A DNA stretch of 64,000 bases from Marsupella aquatica (GCA_973895155.1 CCZZQB010000054.1:1-64000); one strand, 5' to 3'; shown: positions 11,842 through 24,449, counted from the stretch's first letter. Numbers and translations are program-made. The notes: generated by a model not told the origin, from the sequence alone.

Positions 11842-13928
11842 AGAATAAGACCAAGTTGGATCCTACCTCCAGGAAATGTGTTTTTCTTGGGTACCAGAGT
11901 GGTGTGAAAGCCTATAGGCTATGGGATCCTATTGCCTGTAAGCTCGTTGTCAATAGGGATGTTTCCTTCAATGAATCCAGATTATTGAAGGAGGGGGAGA
12001 ATACTCAGGTCTCCCGTACTGACAAAGGAAAATCTCCTATCCCGGATCTCGTTGAGGGGGAGATTGGTTATGAGGTGCATGACCGGAGAGAAGGAGTTGC
12101 TCCAATTATGGAGCTGGTTCCTGTGCCAGAGGAACCAGAGGAGTTTGTTGATGCTGGTGAGCAGCAAGTGGATGCTGTTGAGCTTCAAATTGTACCAGCA
12201 CACGCAGATCAACCGGAGTCATCGGCTAGAAGAACATCTGGTCGCACTGTACGCGCTCCATCAAGGTATGGACAGTGGGTTGATTCATCTCAACTGCAAG
12301 AGGATGATTTTACAGCTGATGATGAGGGTGATGCGTTAATTTTGGAAGAAGGAGAACCTTCTTCATTTCATGAGGCAAGTGCTTCAAAGGAGAAGCAGAA
12401 GTGGACTGCAGCAATGCAAACAGAGATGCAGTCACTAAAGGACAACAAAACTTGGGAGCTTGTTAAGCTGCCTAAGGGTCAGCAAGTGGTGGACAGCAAG
12501 TGGATTTACAAGCTGAAGGATAATTCCATAGGAGGTGGATCGAAGGTCTACAAGGCTAGATTGGTAGCAAAGGGATTCACACAAGAGGAAGGTGTGGATT
12601 ACAATGAGGTCTTCTCACCAGTTGCTAATTACTCTACAATACGACTATTGTGTGTACTTGTTGTAATGTTTGGTCTGCTCCTAGATCAGATGGATGTTGT
12701 CACAGCTTTCCTCTATGGCACATTGGAAGAGGTGATCTTCATGAGACAACCGCTAGGTTTTGTGAAGAGAGGACAGGAGGAATTGGTTTGCAGATTGCTG
12801 AAATCCTTGTATGGGTTGAAGCAGTCACCAAGACAGTGGAACAAGCGGTTTGACGATTGGATTCGGTCACAAGGTTTTCACAGAAGTGTATTTGACCCTT
12901 GTGTGTATTTGAAACCGGTGAAGAATGTTGTCTTTGGGTTCATTGTTTTAGTACTTTATGTGGATGACATGCTAATTGCAGCCAAGGATAGGTCTGAGAT
13001 TGTTAAGCTCAAGGCACTGCTTAGTGCAGAGTTTAAGATGAAGGACTTAGGGCCAGCTAAGAGGATTTTGGGTATGGAGATCACTAGGGACTTGGAGGCT
13101 GGCAAGCTATGGTTGACGCAGAGCAGTTATGCGAGGAAGGTAATTGCAAGGTTCAACATGGAGAATAGCAAGCCAGTAAGTACCCCGTTGGCTCCACACT
13201 TCAAGTTATCATCAGCGTTCTGTCCTACGGATGACACAGAGAAGGGGTTGATGTCAAAGGTTCCATATGACAAGGCAGTGGGGAGTCTCATGTATTTGAT
13301 GACTTGCACTAGACCTGATCTTGCCATGGCTATGGGCAAGGTGAGCAGGTACATGTCGAATCCAGGGAAGATACACTGGGAAGCAGTGAAGTGGATTATC
13401 AGGTACTTGAAGGGTACCGTGGATCATGGTCTTTTATTTGATGCGAATGCAAAGAATGCTAGATCATTGATTGGCTATGTAGATTCTGACTATGGACAAG
13501 ATTTGGACCGAAGGAGATCAACAACAGGATACGTGTTCACACTTGGCGGTGGATGCATAAGTTGGAGGTCTACTTTGCAGAAGTGTATTGCTCAGTCTAC
13601 TACAGAAGCGGAGTATGTTGCAGCTGCGGAAGCGATTTGGTTGGATAGACTTATCACTGAAATGGGATTGCCACAGGGGAATGTGAAGCTCCATTGTGAT
13701 AGTCAAAGTGCGCTCCACCTTGCTGTGAACCAGGTGATGGACAGCAGAGTGAAGCACATTGACGTCAGGTACCATTTTATCAGGCAGGCTGTGTCTGATA
13801 ATTTGTTTGAGCTAGTCAAGATTGATGGTAAACTCAACCCGGCTGACGCATTTACCAAAGTGATTCCTTTGGAGAGTTTCTCTAGACACCGTGACGTATT
13901 GCAGGTTTTGCAATTGCATCACAAGTAG
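11842..13928 (+). CDS. pol: Copia E integrase C-terminus, RT and RNase H (open frame)
   Basis: KLDPTSRKCVFLGY, YKARLVAKGFTQ, QMDVVTAFL, SLYGLKQSPRQW, LYVDDMLIA, GYVDSDY, TTEAEYVA, KHIDVRYHF. Confidence 0.95.
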
Positions 13929-14119
13929 AGTTTTCTTAAACATTCATTGTAATTACTGATATATGCTCTTCCTCATTCCTATGTATTAGGCTACGGCTTA
14001 GTTCTGGTTTGCTCTAGTTAGAGAGGGAAACCGGTTTGGTTTCTGTCCAGAACTTCCCGCTGAGGGATCATATACATTGGCAGTATTACTCTCCCCTAGA
14101 CCAGAGTCAAGGGGAAGAT

Positions 14120-14540
14120 TGTTGGGTATTTACTCTTACGTCTAGGTTAGGTATGACGTGGTTGGTACAACAACGTGGGTTGGTACAACTACGTGGTTAG
14201 GTACAACTACGTGATTAGGTACAACTATGTGGTTAGGTACAACTACGTAATTAGGTACAACTATGTGGTTAGGTACAACTAAGTTGCACACTATATCATA
14301 AGAGGCATGTGTGCTTGGAGAGGTAGAACCAAGGCTCATTGTTATGGAGCCACTTGAGAGATAGGGAGAGCTTACACTGTGGAGACTCGGTATAGCCGAC
14401 GGGCTTAGAGTTCAGTAAAGCTCTCTTGTGTGTTCCCGTGGACGTAGCCTCAAGGAGGTGAACCACGTATCTCTTGTGTCGACTATTGTGCGTTGGATGG
14501 TTCATGGGCTTGCCGTTGCGATCGTCGTCTATGCTCAACA
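14120..14540 (+). repeat. Copia E 3' LTR
   Basis: Direct repeat of 10009-10430, preceded by purine tract AAGGGGAAGAT. Confidence 0.95.
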
Positions 14541-14545
14541 CTTAG

Positions 14546-16617
14546 CAGCTAATGCGCCATCGCGAGTACAAACCTCCTCGACACCGGCCAATGTAACAGC
14601 CCCCAGAGCAAAGCGAGGCAGACCACCAGGGATCAAGGACTCCCAGCCTCGCCAACATAAAACTCCAGCAGCAAACTTGGGTACACCCGCGCTGGAACCA
14701 GCGATCACACTTAACGTGACAGCGATAAATCAAAACGACCCACTGAGCGAAGAAAACGAGGAAATGTCAATCACATACATGCAAACAGGTAACATATATA
14801 AACGACCGACAACCCAAATTGATGAACAATTTGCCTATAACGTAATACAGGAAATCACCAACGATATTCCTGATCCGCTCACTATAAACGAGGCAAAGAA
14901 ACAACCAGATTGGCCAAAGTGGCAAGCAGCAATACATACCGAGATGGACGCCCTCATCAAGCGACAAGTATTCGGACCATTTAAAATGGCATTACCAGGT
15001 ACACATTACACCGACTCTCGATTTACATTCTTGAAAAAACGAAATGAGAAAGGCATAGTAGTAAGATATCGAGCCCGGCTAGTAGCCAAAGGCTACACAC
15101 AAATCCCGGGCAGGGACTACGATTTAACATACTCACCAGTAATGGACGCTACTACATATCGCTATCTCACAGCACATTCAGTCCACCATAAACTGGTTAA
15201 TAACCTTATGGACGTGGTAACCGCGTACCTTTACGGCACACTCGATACTGAGATATACATGACTGCCCCCCCGGAACTGATAGAGAGGGTCAAGCAGCAC
15301 ATTCAGGGGGAGACGTCCCAGAACCTGAATACAGAGATTAAAAAGGGCATCAGCCAAATAATACCTGATGGGGATACAAAGGCCCTCTTGATGCAAAGTG
15401 GAAATACACAGGCAATGCATACCAGAGGAAAGAAATTAACAACAAAACTAACAGTCCAAGTGTTACGTTCCATCAACGGACTTAAACAGAGCGGCAGAAT
15501 CTGGTATCAGAAATTCCAGACAGAGATGCTCGCCCTCGGATTTACAAATAGCGGACTGGCACCCTGCATCTTCATCAAAAAGCATATGGACGAAGTCCTG
15601 ATACTAGCACTGTACGTGGACGATGTGAACTTATTCGGGACTAAACAGATGATGAAAGACACAATACATACACTGAAAGGAGTCTTCGAGATGAAGGACC
15701 TTGGAAGACCCAACCACTGCCTAGGCCTGCAGATCGAACACTTAGAAACAGGCATATTCCTTTACCAATCGACATACACGCAGAAGATACTTCATCAATT
15801 CAACATGCAGAAATCCTACCCTGTCTCCACCCCGATGGAACTCAGATCTCTAGACCCGATCAAAGATATGTTTCGGAAGCGCCAAGAAGACGAACCCATA
15901 CTGGGATCAGAAAAACCGTACCTATCAGCGATGGGTGCCCTTATGTATCTAGCGAACCAGACGAGACCTGACATATCGTTCGCCGTCAGTCTCTTAGCGA
16001 GACACAGCGCACAGCCCACCATCAGGCATTGGAACGGCATCAAGAGGATCATGAGATACCTACAAGGGACGATCGACCTTAGACTATTCTTTCCTAAGAA
16101 TAGCCCCGATACGCTTACCGGTTACACTGATGCCGGCTACCTGTCGGACCCCCAGGACTCCAAATCACAGACTGGGTACGTGTTCTTACAGGGGACGACA
16201 GCAATATCTTGGCGAAGTTCAAAGCAAACGATGACCACAACGTCATCCAACCACTCGGAAATCATAGCGTTATACGAGGCGTGCAGAGAAGCTGTATGGC
16301 TACGAAGCATTATCAATCATATTAGGTCCAGCACCGGTAAACCACAGATAACAGAGCCAACCACAATCTACGAAGACAATAAGGCGTGTATCGACCAGAT
16401 AACCAACGGAATCCTGAAGACCGAGAGGACCAAGCATATTGACCCCAAGTATTTCTTCACGCAAGAACAACAAGGGAAAAGTATCAATGTTGCATGGATC
16501 AAATCTCAGGACAATCGAGCAGACATGTTTACGAAACCACTACCAGCCGGATTGCACAGAGCGCACCTCGAAGGTATAGGCATGAGCAGATTGTCCACGA
16601 TCAAGCCCACCTCATAA
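14546..16617 (+). CDS. pol: Copia D pol, 3' part (RT, RNase H)
   Basis: YRARLVAKGYTQ, MDVVTAYL, GLKQSGR, LYVDDVNL, GYTDAGY, SSNHSEII, TKHIDPKY; joined to 7467-10008 it gives one 1,537-aa ORF. Confidence 0.95.
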
Positions 16618-17121
16618 CACTGAAGCTCGAAAGGATTACCCAACGACGAAACTGTCGCCCGATGAAGCCGCCTCCAGATGCCCGACCACCACACTCGGCG
16701 AGCGCCACACCACATCCCCGACGTGAAACAACGCAAACCAACGCAAAAACGCCCGACTTGGCCTCACTAACCCAAAGCACAACACGAAGCGAAGCGCAAT
16801 ACGCAAAACGACATGAAGAACAACACGAGACGCACACCAGGCAACGAGCTGAGGGGGAGACTAGACACCCATTAGGAACATTCACATAACCCCACTTAGC
16901 ACATACGATCAACACTAACTAAGACATGGCAAAAAGGCTTAACCAGGACATTAGATATGGGAAACCACCTATATAAGTGATGGTAGCACTCTTTCCTCGA
17001 GAAGAAAGCGGCGAGGTTTTAATGAGGCTACATCACACAGGTGGACCCCTAAACCGGATTATACCCTAGGTTCAAGAGATGTGGTTACTTTATGCTCCTC
17101 CATAAACTAACCAAGGGGGAG

Positions 17122-17318
17122 TGTTGTAAACCCTAGTTTACCCCTTAACCATAGGGCGAGAACCCTTAACCATAGTATGAGAACTCCTAACCATAGGACC
17201 AGTATAAGGGCATTTGCCTACCATGTAACCAAGGGGATATATATATCCCCTCATCAATAGTAATGGATCTATCTTGTTGGAGTATCTTTGAGTGTTCCTT
17301 TAGTTGTCTATTACAACA
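17122..17318 (+). repeat. Copia D 3' LTR
   Basis: Identical by eye to 6906-7102. Confidence 0.95.
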
Positions 17319-17323
17319 CTTCC

Positions 17324-19483
17324 AAAAATAGCAAAGTCATCTATGAATACTTCCAAGAACTTTCTCAAGTAGTCATGAAAGATATTCATCATCAACCTTT
17401 GGAACATACCAGGGGCATTACAAAGACCAAAAGGCATCCTCCGAAAGGCATAAATCCCCCACTCAGTAGTAAAGGCTGTCTTCAACCGGTCCTCCTTCCT
17501 TATCCAAATCTGGTTGTAACCTGAGTACCCATCTAGGAAGCTATACACTTCCCAACCAGCTACTAAGTCAAGTACCATATCAGTAAAGGGGATGGGATAG
17601 TGGTCCTTCTTAGTGGCCTCATTGAGTTTCCTAAAGTCTTGGCAAACTTGGATCTTAGGCTTACCATCCAAGCCTGGTTTCTTTGGTACAATGACAATTG
17701 GGGAAACCCACTCACTATTCAACACAGGATAGATGAAACCTGCTTCCAACAATTTGTCTATCTCTTCTTTCACCATCAAGGAGTACTTGGGATTCATTCT
17801 ATATTGCCTTTGTCTCACAGGTGAAGCTCCTAGCATCAAGTCAATTCTATGCTCACCAAGTTCAGGGTTTACACCAGTAAGATCCAAATGACTCCAAGCA
17901 AACACATCCACATATTCACCTAGCAAATCTTGGATAGTTTTCTCTTCACCTGATCCCAAGGCATTTCCCAAGTTGAAGGTCTTGTCTTGCTGGACAGCGA
18001 TGGTTCTGTACTGCTCAGCTCGAATCACCTCCATCTTGTTCCTCATTGTGGAGTCAAAAGTGTCTTCAAGTTGTGCCAATCTCATACCTCCATAGACTGG
18101 TGCATTTTCAGCACTTAACTCCTCCTTCTCCTTGCTTGAATGCTGGTCTTCCTGAGTCTCATCCTCCTCTACGTTTGCAGCCTCCAATTGGTCCTCCAGC
18201 TCCTTTATCTTGAGCTTCAACAATGCCAGGTGTTTAGCCTTCACCCTCTGGTCATGAGTCCCCTTCTTGATCTCAACTTGGGTAGCACCCTTGCTGCTCT
18301 GATCAGCCTCTTGAGCCACTATGATAGTGCCTTCTTTGTTGTTCTCCTTGGATGAGGTGGCAGCTGGCTTCACCTCCTCTAGACTGGTCATTTCACTGAT
18401 ATTGGGCAGAGGTGAATGGTTGGGAAGAGCCTCCTGCTCTTGCTCCTCTCCAAACACTTCTTCTTCAGTCCATTGGCTCACCATGTTCAACATGTATACC
18501 TCATCCTCATCAGATGCAAATTCGGTACTCAACTCATCGGAAAGTTCAGAATCATATTCATCCAACTCATCAGTAGTCTCTCCTTGATGCTTGTCATGAC
18601 CCCATGAAACTGAAGTGGCAGGTTTGCCAAATCTAAACTCCTTCTTGCCCCAATCAGTTACCACTTGGGCTCCATACAACCAAGGCCTTCCAATCAAGAT
18701 TGGGTAAGTAGAGGGCCTTGCTGGTCTCATTACCAAGTAATTCAACAAGAACTCCTACCCCCCAATGAGAGTAGGTACTTGAGTGAGAGTCCCCACTGGT
18801 AGCACTCTTGCTCCATTTGCTAGTCTCATTGTCCTTGCTGTTGGCTGAAGTTTCTTGAAACCTAGTTGTTGGGCAGTAGCCTCAATCATGATATTCACAC
18901 CTGAGCCTCCATCAACTGGTACATACGAGAGTACACACCCATTCACTTGAACATCAATCTCAGGTGCTCCAAGGTCTTCACAAACCATCATCACATCAGC
19001 TGGGGTCCCAACCTTTGGAAGCTTCCTCCTTCTCCTTCCTACCAACATCTCCTTCAGTTGCCTCCTATACAAAGGGTTGTCTTTGATCAGCTGCCCCACT
19101 ATAGCAGTAACCAAACAATCTTTCACATCCTTCTTGATGTCATAAGAGGGTACCTTGTTGGTCTCCTTCTTCTCCTCCACCTCAGCTTCTTCCTTCAAAG
19201 CTTTAGCAACCTTCAGGTCTTTGTTGATGGCCTCTTGATGCTCCTTAGCCTCCATCTCCTCTAGTTGCCTCTTGACTTCCTCATTCACCTTGGGATAGAA
19301 GAGCTTCGGATGGTCCCTCTTGTAGTCACTATCTTCAGCTGGTGGGACTTGAACTTCTGCTCCAACTTCAACTTTGGTTGGTGACTCTAGTGAGTGCTCC
19401 TTTCTTTCCTTCCTCTTCTTCCTCTCTTCCTCTCTTCCACTCTTTCCTTCTTTCTTGTGGACCTGGTAGACACCTTGTAACAC
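17324..19483 (-). pseudogene. pol: Element B protease and RT N-terminus (in-frame TAG at 18755)
   Basis: VPVDGGSG, SEWVSPIVIVPKK, DFRKLNEATKKDHYPIP, LDGYSGYNQI, MPFGLCNAP, FIDDF. Confidence 0.9.
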
Positions 19484-21306
19484 ATAGCTTCCTCCTCAGG
19501 TGTCTCCATTCCCGGTAGATCTGGCTGGTTCTCCCCACCAGCAACTTGTGTCACTCCATCTTTGGCCTCCTCTTGCCATTCCATACTCAAGAAGTTCACT
19601 ATGGCTTCAGTAGGAGCTTTGGCAACTACTGGTGGTGGTGCTTCTATCCTTCCTACCATCATCTTGGCAGCAGATCCAATAGGACAGTTGGCTGTGGTAT
19701 GACCCTCCCTTTTGCACACAACACAAAGAGGATAGGGAGCTCCTTGTCCCTGCCTCCTTGGTTCAGGGCAACTGTTGGAATAGTGCCCTGGTTTTTGACA
19801 ATTCCAGCAGATCACCACGGTAGTTTTTGCCATTCCCCCAGGTCCTTGAGGTACCATTTGATCCACCATCCTTGGTTGAAGACCAGGCATAAGTTGAGGT
19901 GCCATGGGTGGAGCTGGTCTTCCTTGCAAAGTTCTTGGGCCTCCTGAAATCTGGTACACCATCTCCGGGGCTTCTTCATAGAAGTAGTCCACCACTTCAC
20001 TTGCTTGATAAACCTCACTGGGCTCTTCATTGACATATTGAACTTGATTCCTCCAACCTTGGCACTCTTGAGGTGTATGGCCAAAACTCTTGCACTTGAC
20101 ACACCATACATGAGCTCTATTCACCGGCACCTTTCTCCTATCAGGTTGCATACCAGCAAAGTGAACTGATAGGGCCTTGAGTTGGTTGGTGATCTCACTC
20201 ATCTTGGTGTCCATCACCTTCTTCTCTTTGCTTGCTGGTGTAGAACCTTCCAGCAAGTTGAAGGTTGCAGATTTGTGGTGCTTACCACTTGGCTTCTTCT
20301 TGCTGGCTCTCCTCTTTTGGTCGCTTTTTTTCTTTGCCTTCTTCTTTTTCTTCTTCTTCTTCTTTTCAGAGTCCTCCTCAGAATCAGCTTCTGAATCTGA
20401 TTCTGAACTGGAAGTACTCTCCTCAGATTCTGAATCAGAAGTATCTTCAACTGAACTACTTGAGTCACTTGAGCTAGAAGAAGAATCACTATGGGAAAAT
20501 CGCTTCTTCTTTCTCCTACTCTTGGAACTTGAGATCTCAGCACTCCTATAAGACTGAGCTGCCTCAATGGCCTCCTCCAAAGTATTAAGGTGGGCTTGCC
20601 TTACTGAGACACCCATCTTCTTGGGTAGGCTTGCCACAAACCATGCCAACAACATGGAGTCTACTGGTCTAGGGTCAAGCTTGGTAGCTAACCTTTGAAA
20701 CCTTTGTAGAAACCTCCTTACCGACTCCTTGGATCCCATTCTGATCTCTCCCATCTTGATCAAAGCTTCTGATTCTTCTCCCACCTTCCTAAACTCCTGC
20801 AAGAAGGCTAGCTTGAAGGCATCCCAATCATTCTTGGTGGCATTTGATAGGTTGTTGAACCAAGGTCTTGCTTCTCCTCTCAAGACACCCGCCAAAGTGG
20901 TCAACTTAATATCAAACTCTCCATTGGTTTGGGCTGTCCCAATGAAGTCCTCCAACCAAGCATCAGGATCCTCCTTGGGCTTGCCATGGAATGTCTTGTA
21001 TTGAAATCTTGCTCTTTGAGTCACCACCATGGCTGCCTCTTGCTCTTCACTTGTGTCGGTAGTAGAAGAGGATGTAGCACTCCACCCTACACTGGGTTCT
21101 ACTTCAGCTTGCAAATGAAGGTCCTCCCAATCTGGTTGCTCCAACTGGTCACCAAAGTTGAAACTAAGAGAGGCTTCTCTTAGTGCTTGACTCCTTGTAG
21201 TGGGCATGCCACTCACAATCACCTTCTTATCTCCCTCCTCTTGAACAACCAACCTGCAAACACACCTCCAAGTCTTGTGGCTCCACTCCCACAATACAAA
21301 TTGCAA
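19387..21306 (-). CDS. gag: Element B gag (capsid-like domain and zinc knuckles), frameshifted relative to protease
   Basis: FHGKPKEDPDAWLEDF, LRGEARPWF, CVKCKSFGHTPQEC, CWNCQKPGHYSNSC, CVVCKREGHTTANC; first ATG at 21207. Confidence 0.9.
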   Translation of the reverse strand: MQFVLWEWSHKTWRCVCRLVVQEEGDKKVIVSGMPTTRSQALREASLSFNFGDQLEQPDWEDLHLQAEVEPSVGWSATSSSTTDTSEEQEAAMVVTQRARFQYKTFHGKPKEDPDAWLEDFIGTAQTNGEFDIKLTTLAGVLRGEARPWFNNLSNATKNDWDAFKLAFLQEFRKVGEESEALIKMGEIRMGSKESVRRFLQRFQRLATKLDPRPVDSMLLAWFVASLPKKMGVSVRQAHLNTLEEAIEAAQSYRSAEISSSKSRRKKKRFSHSDSSSSSSDSSSSVEDTSDSESEESTSSSESDSEADSEEDSEKKKKKKKKKAKKKSDQKRRASKKKPSGKHHKSATFNLLEGSTPASKEKKVMDTKMSEITNQLKALSVHFAGMQPDRRKVPVNRAHVWCVKCKSFGHTPQECQGWRNQVQYVNEEPSEVYQASEVVDYFYEEAPEMVYQISGGPRTLQGRPAPPMAPQLMPGLQPRMVDQMVPQGPGGMAKTTVVICWNCQKPGHYSNSCPEPRRQGQGAPYPLCVVCKREGHTTANCPIGSAAKMMVGRIEAPPPVVAKAPTEAIVNFLSMEWQEEAKDGVTQVAGGENQPDLPGMETPEEEAMCYKVSTRSTRKKERVEERKRGRRGRKERSTH

Positions 21307-21313
21307 AGAGTTA

Positions 21314-21331
21314 TCCCTGGCAGCGGCGCCA
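21314..21331 (-). promoter_or_regulatory. Element B PBS (tRNA-Asp-like, TGGCGCCGCTGCCAGGGA)
   Basis: 2 mismatches to the Asp-type PBS TGGCGCCGTTGCCGGGGA typical of Athila. Confidence 0.75.
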
Positions 21332-21335
21332 AAAA

Positions 21336-23338
21336 CAAGGGTGGGACTCTATGTCAAACACTTGTCAAGGAGCTTAAGCGGCTTTTCTCCCCAAAAGACT
21401 ACCTAATACCTGATCCATATCATACCAGGGTCACAAAGGATTGACAAAACTTATGAAATGTGCCTACAATGACTAATCACTCCATACATAAGTAGTTTCA
21501 ACTCTCCACTTCTAGAGAGGTAGTCCCCTTGACTACTTTTGTACTCACACCCTTCCCCTCTCCTCTACTCCAAGGATCAGCAAGGGGGATCTCCGCTCCA
21601 AGCTGTCACCTTAGAGAAGAGTCTCACACAAACACCCAAGAACCAAAGTACTTTCCTCTTCAAGCTTAAGTCTCCTCAAGACCCTCAAAATAGTGTTACC
21701 CCTCAACCTTGCCCCCTGGCCTTGGTTTGGGTCCACACATCCCCTTTGAGCTCTAGAGAAGGCTCCTCTATCTAAGGACTCTTCCTCTTGTTCTTACTTC
21801 TTGTTAACACCATACACCAAGCAAAATACTTTCCACCCTCAAGCTATAATCCTCTCTAAGTCTCCAAGTAGTGCTCTACCTTAACCATGCCTCTTGGCCT
21901 TGGTTTTGTACTGGCACATCCCCTTCAAGCTTAGACCAAGATTACATCATAGCATGGACTCTTCTCTTGCTCTCATATGCTTCAAATGCACTCACACTTA
22001 ATGGTCATAATGAAGATTGGCAAGTCTTCTTTTATTGCATCACCTTTACAACAAAATTTCACTACACATTCTCCACACTAAGCATGGACCACCTCTCCCT
22101 TCTCAAGCTTAGCCCTACCTTGGCAAGGTAGAGATTCCACTTAAGAGATGAGACTCCCGGTCCCTAACAAATGAAAACTTCCTCCTTATATACTATTCTC
22201 CTTCCACACCACACCAAGGTAGCCCACCAAGGACCAAGGACCAAAGTAGCCCACCAAGGACCAAGGACCAAGGTAGCCCATCAAGGACCAAGGACCAAGG
22301 ACCAAGGTAGAGGACCAAAGTAGCCCACCAAGGACCAAGGTAGCCCACCAAGGACCAAGGACCAAAGTAGCCCACCAAGGACCAAGGACCAAGGACCAAG
22401 GTAGCCCACCAAAGTCCTACTAACTACCAAAGTCACACTACAATGAAAGTCCAACTAACTACCACTCCCACTCAAGCTCCTTCACCTTGTGATTGCCTGG
22501 TCTATTCAACCATCTCCTAGCCGCCCTTGTGCTTGACTTATTCCTGCCTTGTGGTAGCCTCGTCGAAGCATTTTTACACTTAGTCGGATTTCGTTATTTG
22601 GGAAAAACTATAATTCCCCGGCCCATATTGTACCCACCGCCAAAACTCACCCATAAGGCCAAAAGGACTTTTGAGTAGATCCATAGATTTTCTTGGCATA
22701 GGGCTATGTCCTGGTTTACTAAGATCTAAACAAAACCCTATAACAAATTTTCTAAAATTAGGTAAAGAGGGTTAATTCTTATGTTTTCCAAAATTCTTCT
22801 CAACTTTGAGATGCTCCCAAAACGTAACCGAAGGTAACCAAGTTCTCCCACAAGTTTCCAGGGATAGAGTGGACCATATTTAACCTATTTTGCAACTTGG
22901 AACCCCTAACTTTTCCCATCAGCTATTTTTCCCGAGACCCGCTATTTGGTAACTTTAAGTTTTGCCAAAATACTTACAACTCCTAGGTTAAGACCCCACT
23001 TGACTTTGTGACTTTTATGTGTGGTCTAGGGACTACCTAGCACCTATAGGGTGAGTCTTAGCAAAACTTATCACTCAAAAGTATCGGTCATGCCTTCGGC
23101 CCGACTTGCCGACTACCATAACTTTTTTCCACCCTTACCAAATAACTTACTCAACTCTTGATACTTCTAAGAGAAACATGTCCTCTCCCTCAATTTATTT
23201 CCCTACTCTACTTCCCTAGTTATTAAGTTACCTTAAACCTAACAACTCCGCTAATCACTAAACTATGTAATTACTACTCCTTGAAAGCAAAAAACTGACG
23301 CATTTCCTACTCAAGCCTCCCTTGAGCCATTCCACACA
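21336..23338 (-). repeat. Element B 5' LTR (~2.0 kb)
   Basis: TG start at 23338 abuts the older A LTR (5-mer AAGCA); PBS-proximal end lacks a clean CA, so that boundary is approximate. Confidence 0.7.
22213..22414 (+). repeat. Compound tandem repeat (ACCAAGG 7-mers interleaved with TAGCCCACCAAGG) in B LTR
   Basis: Direct reading. Confidence 0.9.
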
Positions 23339-24449
23339 AAGCAGCCCGCCAGCCACGATGGAGGAAATCCGCAAGGCAGCTTGGGAACAAAGGCCGCGGT
23401 GGTTGATGCCGATGACTTCTACTCACTCCACCTATGCTAAAGAAATAGCCATGGTGTACAGGGAGATGTGCGAGGAACTTGCACTCAGCATCTTTGGGGA
23501 GGAGTTAGAGCAGGGACCTTTTTTCTAGAGGGAGATGTTGGAAAAATGCCGATTAGAAGAAGCGGTGGCTTTGGAGAGAAGAAAGAAAGACGAGGTCATC
23601 CGTCGGCTTAGGGCAAGGGAAGCCAAGGTGGAAGACCTGAAGGCGGACAGGAAAACCCAAGATGAGCTGCGGATTAAGCGGCATGAGGATTTAGGATAAA
23701 CTGACTCAAACCCAAGGGGAGTTGGCCGATGCGGTCAAGGAGAGGGAGAAGTGGAAGCAAGAGCTGAGGGATGCAGAGGAGGCCCACATAGCAACCAACA
23801 ATCGGGCCATGGCGGAAACCCAGAGAAGGGAGAGGGCGTTGAAGGGGGAGCTCAATGATATCCGCGGAGCCCTCTAGGAGAAGGAGGCCGAGTTAGGGAA
23901 ATCCTATCAAATGATTATTGTGCTGCGGCAGGAGCTTGCATCCTTGACGGCCAGCTTCAAGGCCGACCTGCGTGAGAAAGACGACCAACTTGATCAAACT
24001 TATGCCAAGATGAATAAAATGGAGTCTGAGGTCGTAATGAAGCTCAACAAGGAGCTAAGAGCAACCCAGGAGGAGAGGGCTACCTTAAGGAAGGAGTTGG
24101 AGGAAGCCCAGAAGGAGCTGGAGGAGGCGCGCAAGGACCTGGACGAAGTGCAGGAGGAGTTGGAGGAAAGCACAAGGAAGATGGAGAACTTACAACGGCA
24201 AGCTGACAACCAAACGGAGCGGCTAAAGAAACAAGCCGCAATATTTAAGTGCTTGGCGTCATCAAGTCCAACTCCAATTGGGGCAACCAAGTTGCAAGGA
24301 GTACTACTGGCCGAAGGACAAGCCGCGACACTCGCACCGGTGCCGGAAGGAAGTGGCAAGGGGAAGGGACCAGCTGCCGAACCAGGGAAGAAGAAGAAGC
24401 GGAAACCTTCTGGATCAGGGAGTAATGCGGCAACTCAAGCCGTCGTGAC
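23339..24449 (+). mobile_element. Oldest family A LTR (A''), left segment, with decayed ORF
   Basis: Homologous to ~28105-29283 with stops and indels; continues at 41397 after removing A1. Confidence 0.85.

Larger units (their letters stand above)
10009..14540 (+). mobile_element. Ty1/copia element E (Tnt1-like), internally rearranged, non-autonomous
   Basis: LTRs 10009-10430 and 14120-14540 differ by one G by eye; TSD CTTAG (10004-10008, 14541-14545); PPT 14109-14119. Confidence 0.95.
6906..17318 (+). mobile_element. Ty1/copia element D (Bianca-like), full length, young
   Basis: 197-bp LTRs 6906-7102 and 17122-17318, identical by eye; TG..CA; TSD CTTCC (6901-6905, 17319-17323); PPT AAGGGGGAG 17113-17121. 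Confidence 0.95.
4960..23338 (-). mobile_element. Degenerate Ty3/gypsy element B (non-chromovirus, Athila-like), 3' end lost or displaced
   Basis: LTR start TGTGTGGAATGG at 23338, PBS at 21314-21331, order gag-PR-RT-RH-INT on the minus strand; no chromodomain or extra archaeal-type RNase H seen; interrupted by D and A. Confidence 0.9.

Noticed and set aside
16900-17110. Hammerhead ribozyme or structured RNA in the D 3' UTR
   Set aside because: Short stems exist but the CUGANGA/GAAA core was not found in the right arrangement.
19387-19483. Programmed frameshift between B gag and protease
   Set aside because: No slippery heptamer or stem; it lies in a purine slippage tract; family A is in frame here and B has other lesions.
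22186-22399. Hydrophobic W/L-rich repeat ORFs
   Set aside because: Translation of the B LTR tandem array.
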